From Guillardia theta CCMP2712 (lineage: Eukaryota > Protista > Cryptophyta), in assembly GCF_000315625.1 (NCBI RefSeq), contig NW_005434652.1:48310-85443 (forward strand): a DNA stretch of 37,134 bases. Reading direction: 5' to 3'. The notes beneath the pieces are model-generated. The model was given only the letters and a program-made list of their open reading frames with translations. It was not told the DNA's origin and searched no databases. The position numbers and the translations under genes are program-made. Shown here in pieces: positions 12,472-23,164 of the stretch. Every line of letters begins with the position of its first letter. Positions within the stretch are counted from its first letter, which is position 1.

Positions 12472-13945
12472 ATGCCGTCTGCTACTTCGACTGCCACCGT
12501 CAAGTCCGAGAAGTTCCATGGCATCAATCGTGAGGTAAGTTTGTTGCTCAACTGGCATTGCTTGGTTCTCATGGTGTTCTCAGGACTGGGCGTATTCTAT
12601 GGTGCAGAAGATGGGATGGAAGGAAGGAGCTGGGCTCGGAAAGAACAACGATGGGATCACGAAGCATCTGTGGACGAAGAAGAGAGAAGATCAAGTTGGC
12701 ATTGGCGCTGAAAACACCAACGACTGGGGCGCGCACTCGGTGCAGACCAACAGCTACAACGAGATTCTTTCCAAGCTCTCAGTCATTGTGAACAACAGCG
12801 ACAAGGAGTCGGACGAGAGCGAAGACGAGGTTAAGTCCTCGAAGAAGAAGGCAAAGGCGTCCAAGAAGAAGAGCAAAGAGGTCAAGAAAAAGAAGAAGTC
12901 CAAGGCCTCTTCGTCGGAGTCGGAGTCGGATAGCTCGGATTCCGAGGAGGAATCGAGGAGAGAGAAGAAGTCTTCGAAGAAGAGCGGGAAGAAGCAGGAG
13001 GAGAAGAAGAGCAAGACGAAGAAGAGCAAGACGAAAGAATCCTCGGACACCTCAGCTGTCAGTGATAGCGACGACAGCGATGATTCCGACCTCGAGCAGA
13101 AAGCCGCCAGCAGCAGTACAGATGCACATGCTGCCAGGAAAGCTGGGCGGTCGTATGCGGCAGCAGCTGTGATCCAGCAGCGATACGCGTATAAGCGAGC
13201 TTTCATGAACAAGACCAAGGATGTCAAGAGCTACTCTTCGACGGATCTCAGTCAGATTCTTGGCTACTCTGTCCCGCCGAAGCAGGAGGACGAGAAGCTG
13301 ATCAGCAAGGATGCCATCAAGAAGTACGGAAAGACGGAGGTCAAAGAAAGCAAGGAGAAGGAGGAGAAGCAAGAGAAGAAGGAGAAGAAGAAGAAGACCA
13401 AGCACGAGCGCGACCTCGAAAAGGTGCCACATTGTGATGAGGAGGATGTTATCTCCACCACTGGGGTTGTGCTCAAGCATCCTATCCTTCCTAAGCCGAG
13501 CGTGTTGAGCGGCACACTGAAGCACATGTTCGTACATGGAGGCTTCATGTCGCACGACAAGCACAAGCACAAGAAACAGGATTGGGAGTTCAACGAAGAG
13601 ACACAAGAGAAAATTGCAAATGACGCGCATGCCAACAAGGTCGAGGGAAGGAAAGGTCTCGGGTTTGACAACGACCGTCCCACCAAGTTAGGAAAGGACT
13701 TCAAGGGGGCAAAGAAAACCTTCGACTCAGATGAGGAAAGCGACGCGAGCTCGAGTAAATCAGAGAATGAGGAACAGGTACGACTTGCCAAGAAGGAGAA
13801 GAAGAAAAAGAACAAATCGGAGAAGAAGGAGAAAAAAGAAAAGGAAGGCAAGAAAAAGAAGAGATCCAGGGATTCCGATGACAGTGACTCTGACAGCGAC
13901 AAGGAGGAATCCAAGAAAAAGAAGAAGAAAAGGAGTAGCCAGTAA
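12472..13945 (+). CDS. PINX1: PinX1/Pxr1(Gno1)-like G-patch nucleolar protein, join(12472..12534,12584..13945)
   Basis: N-terminal G-patch (DWAYSMVQKMGWKEGAGLGKNNDGITKHL...GIG) followed by NDW...YNEILSKL; internal KxKDVKSYSSTDLSQILG resembles the PinX1 KDLSSRSKTDLDCIFG motif; KKE/D-rich tail; 49-nt intron GTAAGT..CAG in phase 0. Confidence 0.8.
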
Positions 13946-14321
13946 TCAGAGCGATGCCTTATTTTTTTCTTCTGTAACTTTGGCTTCTCGAAGCTTCGTT
14001 TCTCATTTTATTTTTACCTTTGGATTTTGTACTGTGATCACTGTAATAAAGCGTCTTCACTTGATATTGTGGATGTTAAAGATGTTATCTCGACGAAAAT
14101 CCTTGCTCAAGAACCGTCTAAAGACGACAGAAGTTCAGTTCCTTGACGATTCAGCATCGGAGGCCGCGCCGAACACAATCGCTGCCATGCCAAGTTGTAA
14201 TCTTGAATCCCCAGCGAGTGGAACCTACAAGGATGCCGCAGTGAAACAGGACAAGAAGCAGCGGGGATGTAAAAATCTATCAAGCTCAATCAAAGTGTGG
14301 ACTTTTCTGCTCGCGGCTCCT

Positions 14322-15215
14322 CTAGGGCTCTTTGATAGCTTCCGGTGAGCCCCATTTTCGGAACAAGCGTATCAGGCCGTGCATGAGCTTCTTCCCCCAG
14401 AAGATGTTGAGGCTGTTGACTCCTCCGAGCATCAAACTCATCGTCAAGTACACGCCACCGCTGATCTTTCCTTCTGCCCGCGCTGATGAGAGTTGAGACC
14501 AGAAGATGAAGGAGTATGGACAGCCAATGAAGATGCGGAAGATGAAGAAGAAGACCACGAGGGCAATCCCGTTCAACTTGAAGGCAAGAGTTTCCTTGTA
14601 GCCATATTCCAACATGAACCACCTCAAGTTCAAGAAGATGGTTGAGAACTCCCACAAGAATCCGATGCAGCCGAAGAAGTGAAACATGTTCCCGAGACAG
14701 ATAATTGCGACAGCGGCGAAAGCGCAGATGCCGTGGAAAGTAAACATGAAGCCGTACTCGCGGAACATGACCACACAAAGCAAGATGTCTCCAAGGAAGT
14801 ACGCCATTGACACCGAGTACCAAAAGCGAACGATAGGAGATGTGGCCCAAAGCATGTCCTGGAACATGTTGCGATGAGTGTAGAGGCCCATTGCAGCGCC
14901 GTAGCAAACAAGAGCAGCATGAATGGTGGATACGATGCGAGTAGCAAGTTCGGCCTTGAAGAATCGATGACTTTGACCGCTGGTAGGATCGTAAAAGCTG
15001 TAGGGGTCATCCGTAGCTCGATGCAACTTTTTCTCCTTGGCTATCCTCTGACTCGTCGGTCGCTTGGCAAGGGCCAACCACATGCCGGCAAACACCATGA
15101 AGCTCACCAGCATGACCATGAGTGGACCCGCCCACTCTGCTGGCACGGAGGAAAGCAGGAACTCCTCCACCGATGGCTTTGGCGCTGGAGGAGCTTTTCT
15201 CTGGGACCTGAGCAT
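14322..15215 (-). CDS. TLC (TRAM/LAG1/CLN8) domain membrane protein, TMEM56/TLCD4-like
   Basis: RIVSTIHA, AYFLGD, WEFSTIFLNLRWF, NGIALVVFFFIFRI, LNIFW motifs and several TM segments; likely start ATG 15215 (alternative 15296). Confidence 0.88.
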   Translation of the reverse strand: MLRSQRKAPPAPKPSVEEFLLSSVPAEWAGPLMVMLVSFMVFAGMWLALAKRPTSQRIAKEKKLHRATDDPYSFYDPTSGQSHRFFKAELATRIVSTIHAALVCYGAAMGLYTHRNMFQDMLWATSPIVRFWYSVSMAYFLGDILLCVVMFREYGFMFTFHGICAFAAVAIICLGNMFHFFGCIGFLWEFSTIFLNLRWFMLEYGYKETLAFKLNGIALVVFFFIFRIFIGCPYSFIFWSQLSSARAEGKISGGVYLTMSLMLGGVNSLNIFWGKKLMHGLIRLFRKWGSPEAIKEP

Positions 15216-16699
15216 AATGAAAGTAGAAAACCCTTCTCTTCCTTTTTTTCCGATCTTGTGTGGGAGATGACAGAGATGAAGTGACCTGTTCAACATCGAA
15301 CCGTTATGCGCATTCCACCCGCTCAGTAAGCTCAGAAATCCAACTTAGATTTGCAGGAATTCATGCGATTGAAACACATTCAAAACGCACCCTTCTGCCA
15401 CAACAATGATGCTATTTCATTCCATTTCAAAATATCTTCATGAGTGTCTCAAGTCTTAGGTGCATGATGCCTCTTGACACTCCTCTGCCGTCAATGCCCC
15501 ACGGTGCAACTAAATCCGCAACACACGTGCAACAATACAGCAACACCCAAGAATTCACTCTGAGGTTTGTCAGATTATCGGCTCTAGAGCACTAAAGTCT
15601 TGCAATATCACACATCGAGTAGGACACTGCCGCAAAAAAACTGCTCCATTATCCTCCCCTTTCTTGATCCCCAAAATTTCCTTCCACGTCACTTTCACAA
15701 CTCATCCTCCCCGCTACAACCTGATTTCATATCGCACATGATGCAAATACCCTCCTCCATCTCTTCTTCTTAGTCTGATTCCCTTGCTCCCTTCTTCGTA
15801 CTTCTTCATCCTCTCCCTCCCTCCCACTGCCATGTTATCCCTTCCCGCCTCTACGCCGCCATGCCACTGTTATAATCTCTCACAAAAGAATTTTATCCAA
15901 AATGATTTAGGATATAAAACTTGTTATTGTACTTATAAACTGCTTCACAAATCTGTGTAAAATTTTACAAAAAGGTTCATTCTGTACCATATATATTTAA
16001 AACTATTGTAATTGCTTGTTGCGGTAGCTATCAATTTTCAACCCCCCCAATCTAATCTGTCAAAAAATGATATAAAAAGCTTAAAACAACGAAAAATCTT
16101 TTCTATCCAAATCTTCTCAATTGATTTTAAGTAGAGGCACATTGTATTATAAAACATTATTCACAGTTTTATACACAGATTATTCCTCAACTTTAAGTAC
16201 CACAATGTTGATTCCCTACAATTTTAATTATTTAAAAGTGCTGCAACTAGAACTTGACTACCCCATCGCCCCCCTACCCACTACATCGATCAGTTAACCC
16301 CCCCTTCCAACCTTCATAGTACCCCATGCGATGATATTCAACGGGGTAGTCTTTGGCCTATTTGTGTACGGGTCCCTTTTACTGAATTTACACTTGAGCA
16401 AGTCATGGGTAGGTAGTGAAGGGTGTGAGGGGATGAGGGCTTTGTGGGGATGAGGGGGCCGAAATTGGGATCCCTATCATGGCGCAGGTACATCTAGATG
16501 AGGAGGAGCAGGAGGAGCGAAAGAAGGACGAAACACAGAAAAAATGTATGAGCAGAAGCAGAGCAAGGATATGAGCAGGGAGCAGGGAGCATGGATCAGG
16601 GATCAGGGAGCAGGGAGCAACAACGATGGAGCAAGCATCGCAAGGATCAAGGAGCTAGGAGAGCAATCGATGGATCCGGAGGAGATTCATGCGGGGCAT

Positions 16700-18488
16700 T
16701 CCAGGGGTGCCACTTTCAACATCGAGTAGGAAGGGTCACTAGCAGGAATTTTGAGCTTCAGAGAGTGAGCAAGAGAGAAAACATAGTCCCATGATAGTAC
16801 TAGGCTGTTGGCATAACATTGAAGGTTGATGTTAGGTAACTGTGGCGTTGGATTGGACACCGAACACAACACATGTAAGAGGATGCAGCAGTTTCACTCT
16901 GTCTGTGACAGCTGCCATCAACAGGCAGCTCTTCTCCTGGCTTCCAGCAAAGGCTTCTATGCTCGGGAGAGCCTCGACGTTCGATTCCTGTCTCCCTCAG
17001 GTCGACGGGTGCTTCAGAGCTTTGGTACCATCATGTCTTATGGTTCTTGTTCCCGCAGATCATGGGGCCCCTAAGACGCCGTTGGATGCGGTTGTGGCCG
17101 GAGCTGCTGAGGTTGGAATCTCCCCGTGCGATCAAGTTCTCTACGAGAGTTTGCGGGAAGACAGAGTTGTATGTCATTCATTGTCATTTGCCAGTCAGTC
17201 AGATCTTACGCCATGCCGTAGGTTTGTGTTGCCACTTTGCATGAGGTCGACATATCAGCCGTCTGTGTTGATGAAGATTCTAATTTCACAAGACCTTCCC
17301 TCTTGTCTGATGCTAGATACGCTTCTTGCGGTAAGGACCCTTACTTTTCCTCCCTCTCTCCCCTTTCGTCCATCTTCCTCCTTCCTCTTCCACTTCCCTC
17401 CTTCGCTCCTCCTTCGCTCCTCCTTTGCTTCCCGCCCCCCCGTTCCCCTCTCCTTCTGCTCTCTCACCTGCATCCTGTCATTCGAACCATTATGCCTCGC
17501 TCCTTCATCTCGTCCTGCTGCTCGCTGATGACAGCTCGTCTAGGATATCCTCTGGAAACTGCTGCAGTCTGTCTCACATGCTCGTTTATGCAAGGTTGAT
17601 GATGCGCGTTCAGGTCAACAGTATGATCAGAAACGATGGAGGAGGAGGAGGCATCATCGAAGTACGCACCATTTGCGTGGTTTGAAGAAGGCTGACGAGC
17701 CGTAGGTTTGTCCGGAGGAGAGAACAGAGACAGAGATGAATCTGCTTGATGGATCGGCTGACTGCGCGTGGATGTGAGGACTGAAGAAGACAGAGGTTAT
17801 CTCAGATGACAGGCTGTGGTAAGGTATAGGACATGGGAGGTGCTGCGAGCAAGGAGGAGGGGAAGGAAGCTAAGGGAGTTCAGGTGAGCGTTGACATGAA
17901 GCGGGGGTGTGAGGGTGAAGGGGAAAAGGGAGGATGAGAGAGGAGGAGGTAGAGGTAGGAGCGGCGAGGGGGATGGGATGGGATGGGATGGGATGGGATG
18001 GGATGAGATGGGATGGGATGGGATGAAATTAAAACAGGATGAAAGACTTTGGGGTTCCCTTTGGATACATGAATCTTGTCATCGTGAAGAGAGAACGGCT
18101 ACAAGGGGAGGAGGGAACAAAAGTGACCTCAAAGTTTCTGAAAGCTTCATCTGAAGCTGCTGATTGGATTCATGCCAATATAAACGAGGTGACGTGAAGA
18201 GGGGAGAGATGGGGAGCTGTCGACTTGTTTTGATGTGTGACTGTAACTTTTGCTGCATATCGACGATGTTACATATCATGTTGCTGGTGCTTGCCTTTTC
18301 TCACATTTGTTTGCAGGCAGCACAATCTCTATGTGATGGAAATTTTCACTCAGATCTGAGCAATGTCGACTTTAATCTCGAAAGGTGTGCGGCTCTCATC
18401 CCGTTTTCCATCGTCCTCCTTCTATCAAGACCTTCCCTTGCTAATTCATTCATATCAGTCTATCAGCCTTGCAATCTTTGTACACTGA

Positions 18489-18528
<40 letters not shown>

Positions 18529-18636
18529 AGAACATGTGTCTGGGGCCATATGGATGAGGGGAGATGGAATAGTTTCTGGGACTGGGCAATGTCAGATCCT
18601 ATCCGCGCTGTCCTCCCAGGAGCGGGAGAAGGAGCG

Positions 18637-18679
<43 letters not shown>

Positions 18680-19900
18680 TGAAGCAGCCTGACCTTCTCT
18701 ACACCAATGAACTCTTGTATCATCGGCCCGGTGCGTGCAAGTGATCTGTCATACCCTTCTCACTTGTCAACTCCATCTAGCTGTTGACGAGCTTCACGCT
18801 GAAGGTAGACAAAATATCATTGTTTATCAAATGGTGCTGACTGAATTCTTCCCCTGCCAAACTCCTCCCTCCTCCTCCTTCCTCCTCCTACCCTTCTCTC
18901 TTCCCTTCTATCCTCCAATCGCCTCCTGTCTTCCCCCTCATCACCTCCGCCTTCTGCTCGCTCGCCCTCGCTTGCCCTCTTCGTCTTCCATCTCCAGCTG
19001 CAGGCAGGCTGTCGCAGACCTCAAATTCCTCGTCCTTCTCGTTCACGAGACCAGCGACGACGCACGACCCGACGAAAGGATGCAGGCAAGACGCAGCGGG
19101 GACGAGCGGAGAAGGAGCAGGAGGAGCGGCAGAGCGAGCAGGAGCAGAGGGAGGAGGGGGGGGAGGGGGAGGAGCAGCAGCAGGGTCAGAGACTATGATG
19201 ATGGAGGTCAAGTTGGTCTTGAGAAGGGTAGAGATGGAGAGCATGAGTTCTTGCCTGAAGCTTGTCTGACAGATGCTGCTTCCCTCCTGATCAAATGTTC
19301 GAAACCGCATGGTAAGTGTAGGCGGAAGATGCTGAATGAGGTTGGAGGAAGTAGAGGGGAAGAAGATGGAGGGAGAAGGAAGGAGAATGATGGAAAGGGG
19401 TGAGTGAGGAAGGGGAGAGGAAGGAGCGGGGATGAGATTGAGGGAGAAACTGATGTTGAGATGGCAGTGAAAAGATCATTCAGCTCAACATCTCTGGAGT
19501 GTCGAAGTTGCAGGTGAACAACCTGACACGATAAAAGTGACACGAAGTCCTCTTGACTTGTCTGCCTCCTGTTCCCGATAGGCCGAGAAGTTTGTCAGAT
19601 TGTGCGGGGGAGGGATCGGCTCCATGGTCTTGTCCAAGGGGAAGCAGTAACTCTCTTCCTCCCCTGTCTCTGCTCCGCTGCCCTGCCCTGCCCTGCCCTG
19701 CCCTGCCCTGCCCTGCCCTGCCCTGCCCTGCCCTGCCCTGCCCTTATCCTGGCTCTCCTACTCGCTCCTTAGCTCTCACATTGTTGCCATTCACAAGGCC
19801 TCGTTCTCACTCTTTCCTTGTCAGAAAAACTGCCAGCAAGCTGCGCAAGGGAGCTCCTCTATCCTCTGAAGAAGTTCAATCGATGCAGACATGCGTACTA
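16700..19900 (-). CDS. Hypothetical multi-exon gene, structure unresolved
   Basis: Coding-like blocks alternate with microsatellite or purine/pyrimidine tracts bounded by minus-strand GT..AG (e.g. HLPPTLTMRFRTFDQEGSSICQTSFRQELMLSISTLLK); no recognisable domain. Confidence 0.35.
17970..18024 (+). repeat. (GGGAT)n microsatellite
   Basis: Read directly. Confidence 0.9.
18490..18679 (+). repeat. Two (GGAGCA)n tracts (about 18490-18527 and 18619-18679)
   Basis: Read directly; they flank a probable short exon. Confidence 0.9.
19679..19743 (+). repeat. (GCCCT)n microsatellite
   Basis: Read directly. Confidence 0.9.
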
Positions 19901-20399
19901 GAGGCATACGAGCCGGTTCAATGCCTTCTCCCCCCCACCTGCTCCTCACCTGACCTCTCTGCCCACCTGCTCCCCACCTGACCTACTGTCCTCCATGTTT
20001 CCCCCGTTCTTGACTTCTCCCCTCTCTCCTCCTTCCTCCTCCTCGTGTGAACACCTATAACCCCCGTTCACTCCCCTCCTTTGCCTTCCTCCCTCCTTCC
20101 CCTCGCGGCCTCCCTTGCAACTGAAACTGTCGAAGGTGCTGAAGCAGCTGTACGGCGAGGAGGCTAATGATGGTCTATGAGGCGGAGGCGCCAAATCCAA
20201 GGGCCTCTAGAGAAATCGTGAACGGCAAAGAAGACAAGCACGGGGAGCGAACAAGGGAGCATCTATGTAAGAATAGAGGAAGGGAGTGGGGGATGGAGTG
20301 AAGGAGTGAGAGAGAGAAGAGGGAGAGGGAGAGAGAGAAAGCTCAACATTGTCAAGAACTTTTTTCAGTAGAGAAGAATTCAAAAGGTTTCAAAGTGAT

Positions 20400-21256
20400 C
20401 TATGCCATGAGCAAACACACGTTAAAACCGCAGAGAACTAGTTGGTTAGTACTGATGGAGAGGACAAAGAAGCAAAAGCAAGACCACGATGCCTGCAGTC
20501 CTGTCACATTGCAAGACGAGAAGAGGGGAGGGAGAAAGCTGTGCGAGAGAGGAAAGGGAAAGAAGGAGGGAGAGCGAGAAGGGGAAGGATGGATAGGGAG
20601 GTAGGGCGACAAAGGAGAAAAGGAGGGGAGGGAGGGGAGCGAGAGCGAAAGGGGAGAGAGAAGAGAGCGAAGGGAGGGAGGGAAGGGAAGGAATGAGAAA
20701 CGAAAGGTCTTCCTATTGTTACCCATGAGCAAAATGCTAAGAGCAAGGAGCAGGCCTGAGCTCTGACTGTATATGTACATAGCAAAGACGGTTCCAAGCA
20801 TGACACTGAGTGGCAGATGTCAGTCAGGAAAAGAAGGAAGAAAGGGAAAGATGAGTGACAGAACGAAAAAGAAGGAAAATGACGAGTGAGAAGCGAAGAA
20901 GGCAAAACAAGTTTTTAGGTAAGAGAATCGAAAACAGGAGACAGTCTACGACACCTGATAAGAAAGATGTTGAACAAAAATCTCTCCCACCAGTCCAACA
21001 TGTACAGGACACTGTCACTGTTATGTCAGAAGAAGACATCATCGTCTGGTTCAACCTCGTGATGTTGTATTGTTGTTGCTTGACGCTTAACCAATCAAGA
21101 AATCCAGGTTTTCTTTCTGTTAGCCTATCATACTCCTCTTTCTCCAGCAATCTCCGCCTTGCCAAGACAGTCAAAAAGGACATAAGAAAACAGCAAAGAT
21201 CACTTCTTCTTGTATTCTTCAGGTAGAGCTGATCTTGTGTTCACCGATGGTTTCAT
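20400..21256 (-). CDS. Serine palmitoyltransferase small subunit-like (ssSPT/SPTSS family); exons 21256-21204, 21157-21056, 21011-20955, 20805 onward; 3' end uncertain
   Basis: Three phase-2 GT-AG introns join to ...GFLDWLSVKQQQYNITSVLYMLDWWERFLFNIFLISVMLGTVFAMYIY, matching the SPTSS signature QYxxxTALYMLEPWERxxFN. Not visible as a single ORF in the track. Confidence 0.8.
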
Positions 21257-21850
21257 CTGGGGGTTTCATTTTGAGCGCCACGTTTCCCACCCCCGCTCCC
21301 AAACTCCCTTCTGCCCTCAAGCTCAAAAAGAAAAGAACGATCATTCTCAAACTCTTCTTGGCAATATCATTACAAAGATTTCTGTGCCATTGCACTCCTC
21401 CTACTCTTCCTCCTCTTGTTCCCACTGCTCCTGCTCCTCCTTCTCCTTTCCCTCCTCCTACTCTTCGTCCTTGCCTCATATACTCGAGAATTCTTTCCCT
21501 ACAGCTCATTTGCTCCCAGCCATGACTACTACAAACACACATCTTTCTCTCCTTCTATCGACGGGAGACGTGTTCTATGCCTCTGATCTTCTCTTATCCG
21601 CTTATCAACGTCGCTCCCTCCTAACTATCCCCCCCCCCTCCCCTCCGTTCGCTTGCTCCTTCCCAGGCCATGGCGGGATTTATGATATGGTCCCTTTCTC
21701 AAGAAAAACCAACAAGGTGGTCCTAGCCAGGGTCCCCTAGGGGTGATAAGGGGGGCATAGTCTTCTATAGTTCGAGTCATAGGGAGGTCATAGCAAGGTA
21801 TGTATCAACTAGTATATAAACTGTATTATCATCCCTAACGGACATGTGGC

Positions 21851-21922
21851 GGGGATTTGGTCTAGCGGTATGATTCTCGCTTTGGGTGCGAGAGGTCCCG
21901 GGTTCGATCCCCGGAATCCCCC
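21851..21922 (+). tRNA. tRNA-Pro(TGG)
   Basis: 72-nt cloverleaf: acceptor GGGGATT/AATCCCC, anticodon stem CTCGC/GCGAG with loop TTTGGGT (TGG at 21883-21885), T arm CCGGG-TTCGATC-CCCGG, T5 run about 20 nt downstream. Confidence 0.97.
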
Positions 21923-22312
21923 TGAGAAGCGATCCGCCTTGCTTTTTGCTTCTGGGCAGATGCTGGAATATGATGCGTTCAGCTGTCATGATCACTCGAA
22001 ACTTGCCGTTCAGATGCTTTTTGTACTATTGGACATCTTGTCTTTACTTGTGGATGCTCATGGTTACATGCAAACTCAACAGATCCGTCGCCTTGGAGAG
22101 TTTTACCTGGTTGCAATACTGTAGGCCATCAAGTTTAAACTTTCAGCATGTCAAAAACATGGCAGTCCTCTCACTCTTATTTCCGCCATTTTACTATGCT
22201 CAGTGTCAATTCCATCGAGCATGACATTCCCACTCACGACACACCGTCGTCGTCGCCATCATCATCATCACAGCACAGCAGCATGTCGTCAGTCAACAAG
22301 GAACAAACAAGC

Positions 22313-22903
22313 TCATAACGGATGCATACACATATCTTCCTCCTTCACACCAACACAACAGGTGAGATCCACTATATGGCCAAATACATGCGGCTCGTTT
22401 GCGAGTCTTTGACTCTCCTCTGCCGTGAAAGCGATGGCGATCCAGTGATCTATCTCGCGGTTAGAGCGCTCTCCAGACCCGACCTGGCGAGCACAGGACT
22501 GGGTCTTCACGTAGCAGCCGATGGATCTCAGGTACCTTGCGTTCATCTGCTCTTGCCACTCGCGGAGATCCCGATCATACTTGAGCACACGATTCTTGCT
22601 GCGCATCCTTTGAATGCAGCACACGCCAGGAATGATGACGCAGGGAAATATGAGCATGGAAGTAGTGAACTGATAGCAGGACGTCGGCTGCTTCTTCCGT
22701 ACCTCCTCCAGCTCTTTGAGTACAGTATCCAAGTCGTTTCGCTTCATTGCGGTCTGAAAGATCTCTTCGGGTATGGGTACGACAATGCCGCTGCCTTCCT
22801 TGGAAAACCAGCTACTAGGTTCCCAGAGGAGGTTTGCTCGGACGAGCTTGCCGTCCTTGTAGATGAGCTTGGGAGGAGGCTGCTTGACTTGACTGGGATC
22901 CAT
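22313..22903 (-). CDS. 196-aa Cys-containing protein, copy 1; possibly Erf4/Golgin-A7/CHIC-like
   Basis: Intronless ORF from the first ATG (MDPSQVK) with an AT-rich TATA-like tract about 100 bp upstream. Layout PEE..helix..Cys-rich hydrophobic segment..LREWQEQMNARYLRSIG..WIAI recalls Erf4/CHIC; the family call is tentative, the gene itself is well supported. Confidence 0.7.
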   Translation of the reverse strand: MDPSQVKQPPPKLIYKDGKLVRANLLWEPSSWFSKEGSGIVVPIPEEIFQTAMKRNDLDTVLKELEEVRKKQPTSCYQFTTSMLIFPCVIIPGVCCIQRMRSKNRVLKYDRDLREWQEQMNARYLRSIGCYVKTQSCARQVGSGERSNREIDHWIAIAFTAEESQRLANEPHVFGHIVDLTCCVGVKEEDMCMHPL

Positions 22904-23164
22904 CTCGACAGGTAGAAGGAGGGACAAGGGAACAGTCTCTCCTCCTCTTCCCGCTCCTCCCTCACCTCTTCCCGCTCCTCCTCTCCTCCGATTATATAAA
23001 GATTATAAAACTCCCGGTACCAACTTATCATTTTTTTTCCCAAGTGGTGGTCAAATTCGAACTCGCTGGTCAAAAAACAACTGTTGTTCTCCTGGTGACG
23101 ATGTTTCGATCCTGCGTTGATCGAAACTTCACAAAGATGATCATCTACATGTTACCTGCTCGAG

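Noticed and set aside
12203-12558. Poly-Leu, poly-Arg and poly-Gly ORFs, and similar ORFs at 25250-25939, 36421-36784 and 36867-37127
   Set aside because: Translations of microsatellites and purine/pyrimidine tracts
12754-13914. Long minus-strand S/F/L-rich ORFs over PINX1
   Set aside because: Antisense consequence of the K/E/D-rich sense coding sequence
14322-21256. TLC-domain gene plus ssSPT as a sphingolipid gene cluster
   Set aside because: The TLC protein is TMEM56-like and lacks the Lag1 HH motif (FHG here); the genes are 5 kb apart with another gene between; likely coincidence
21851-22014. tRNA-Pro as an att site for an integrative element
   Set aside because: No duplicated tRNA 3' end found at any downstream junction; the duplication starts about 90 bp away
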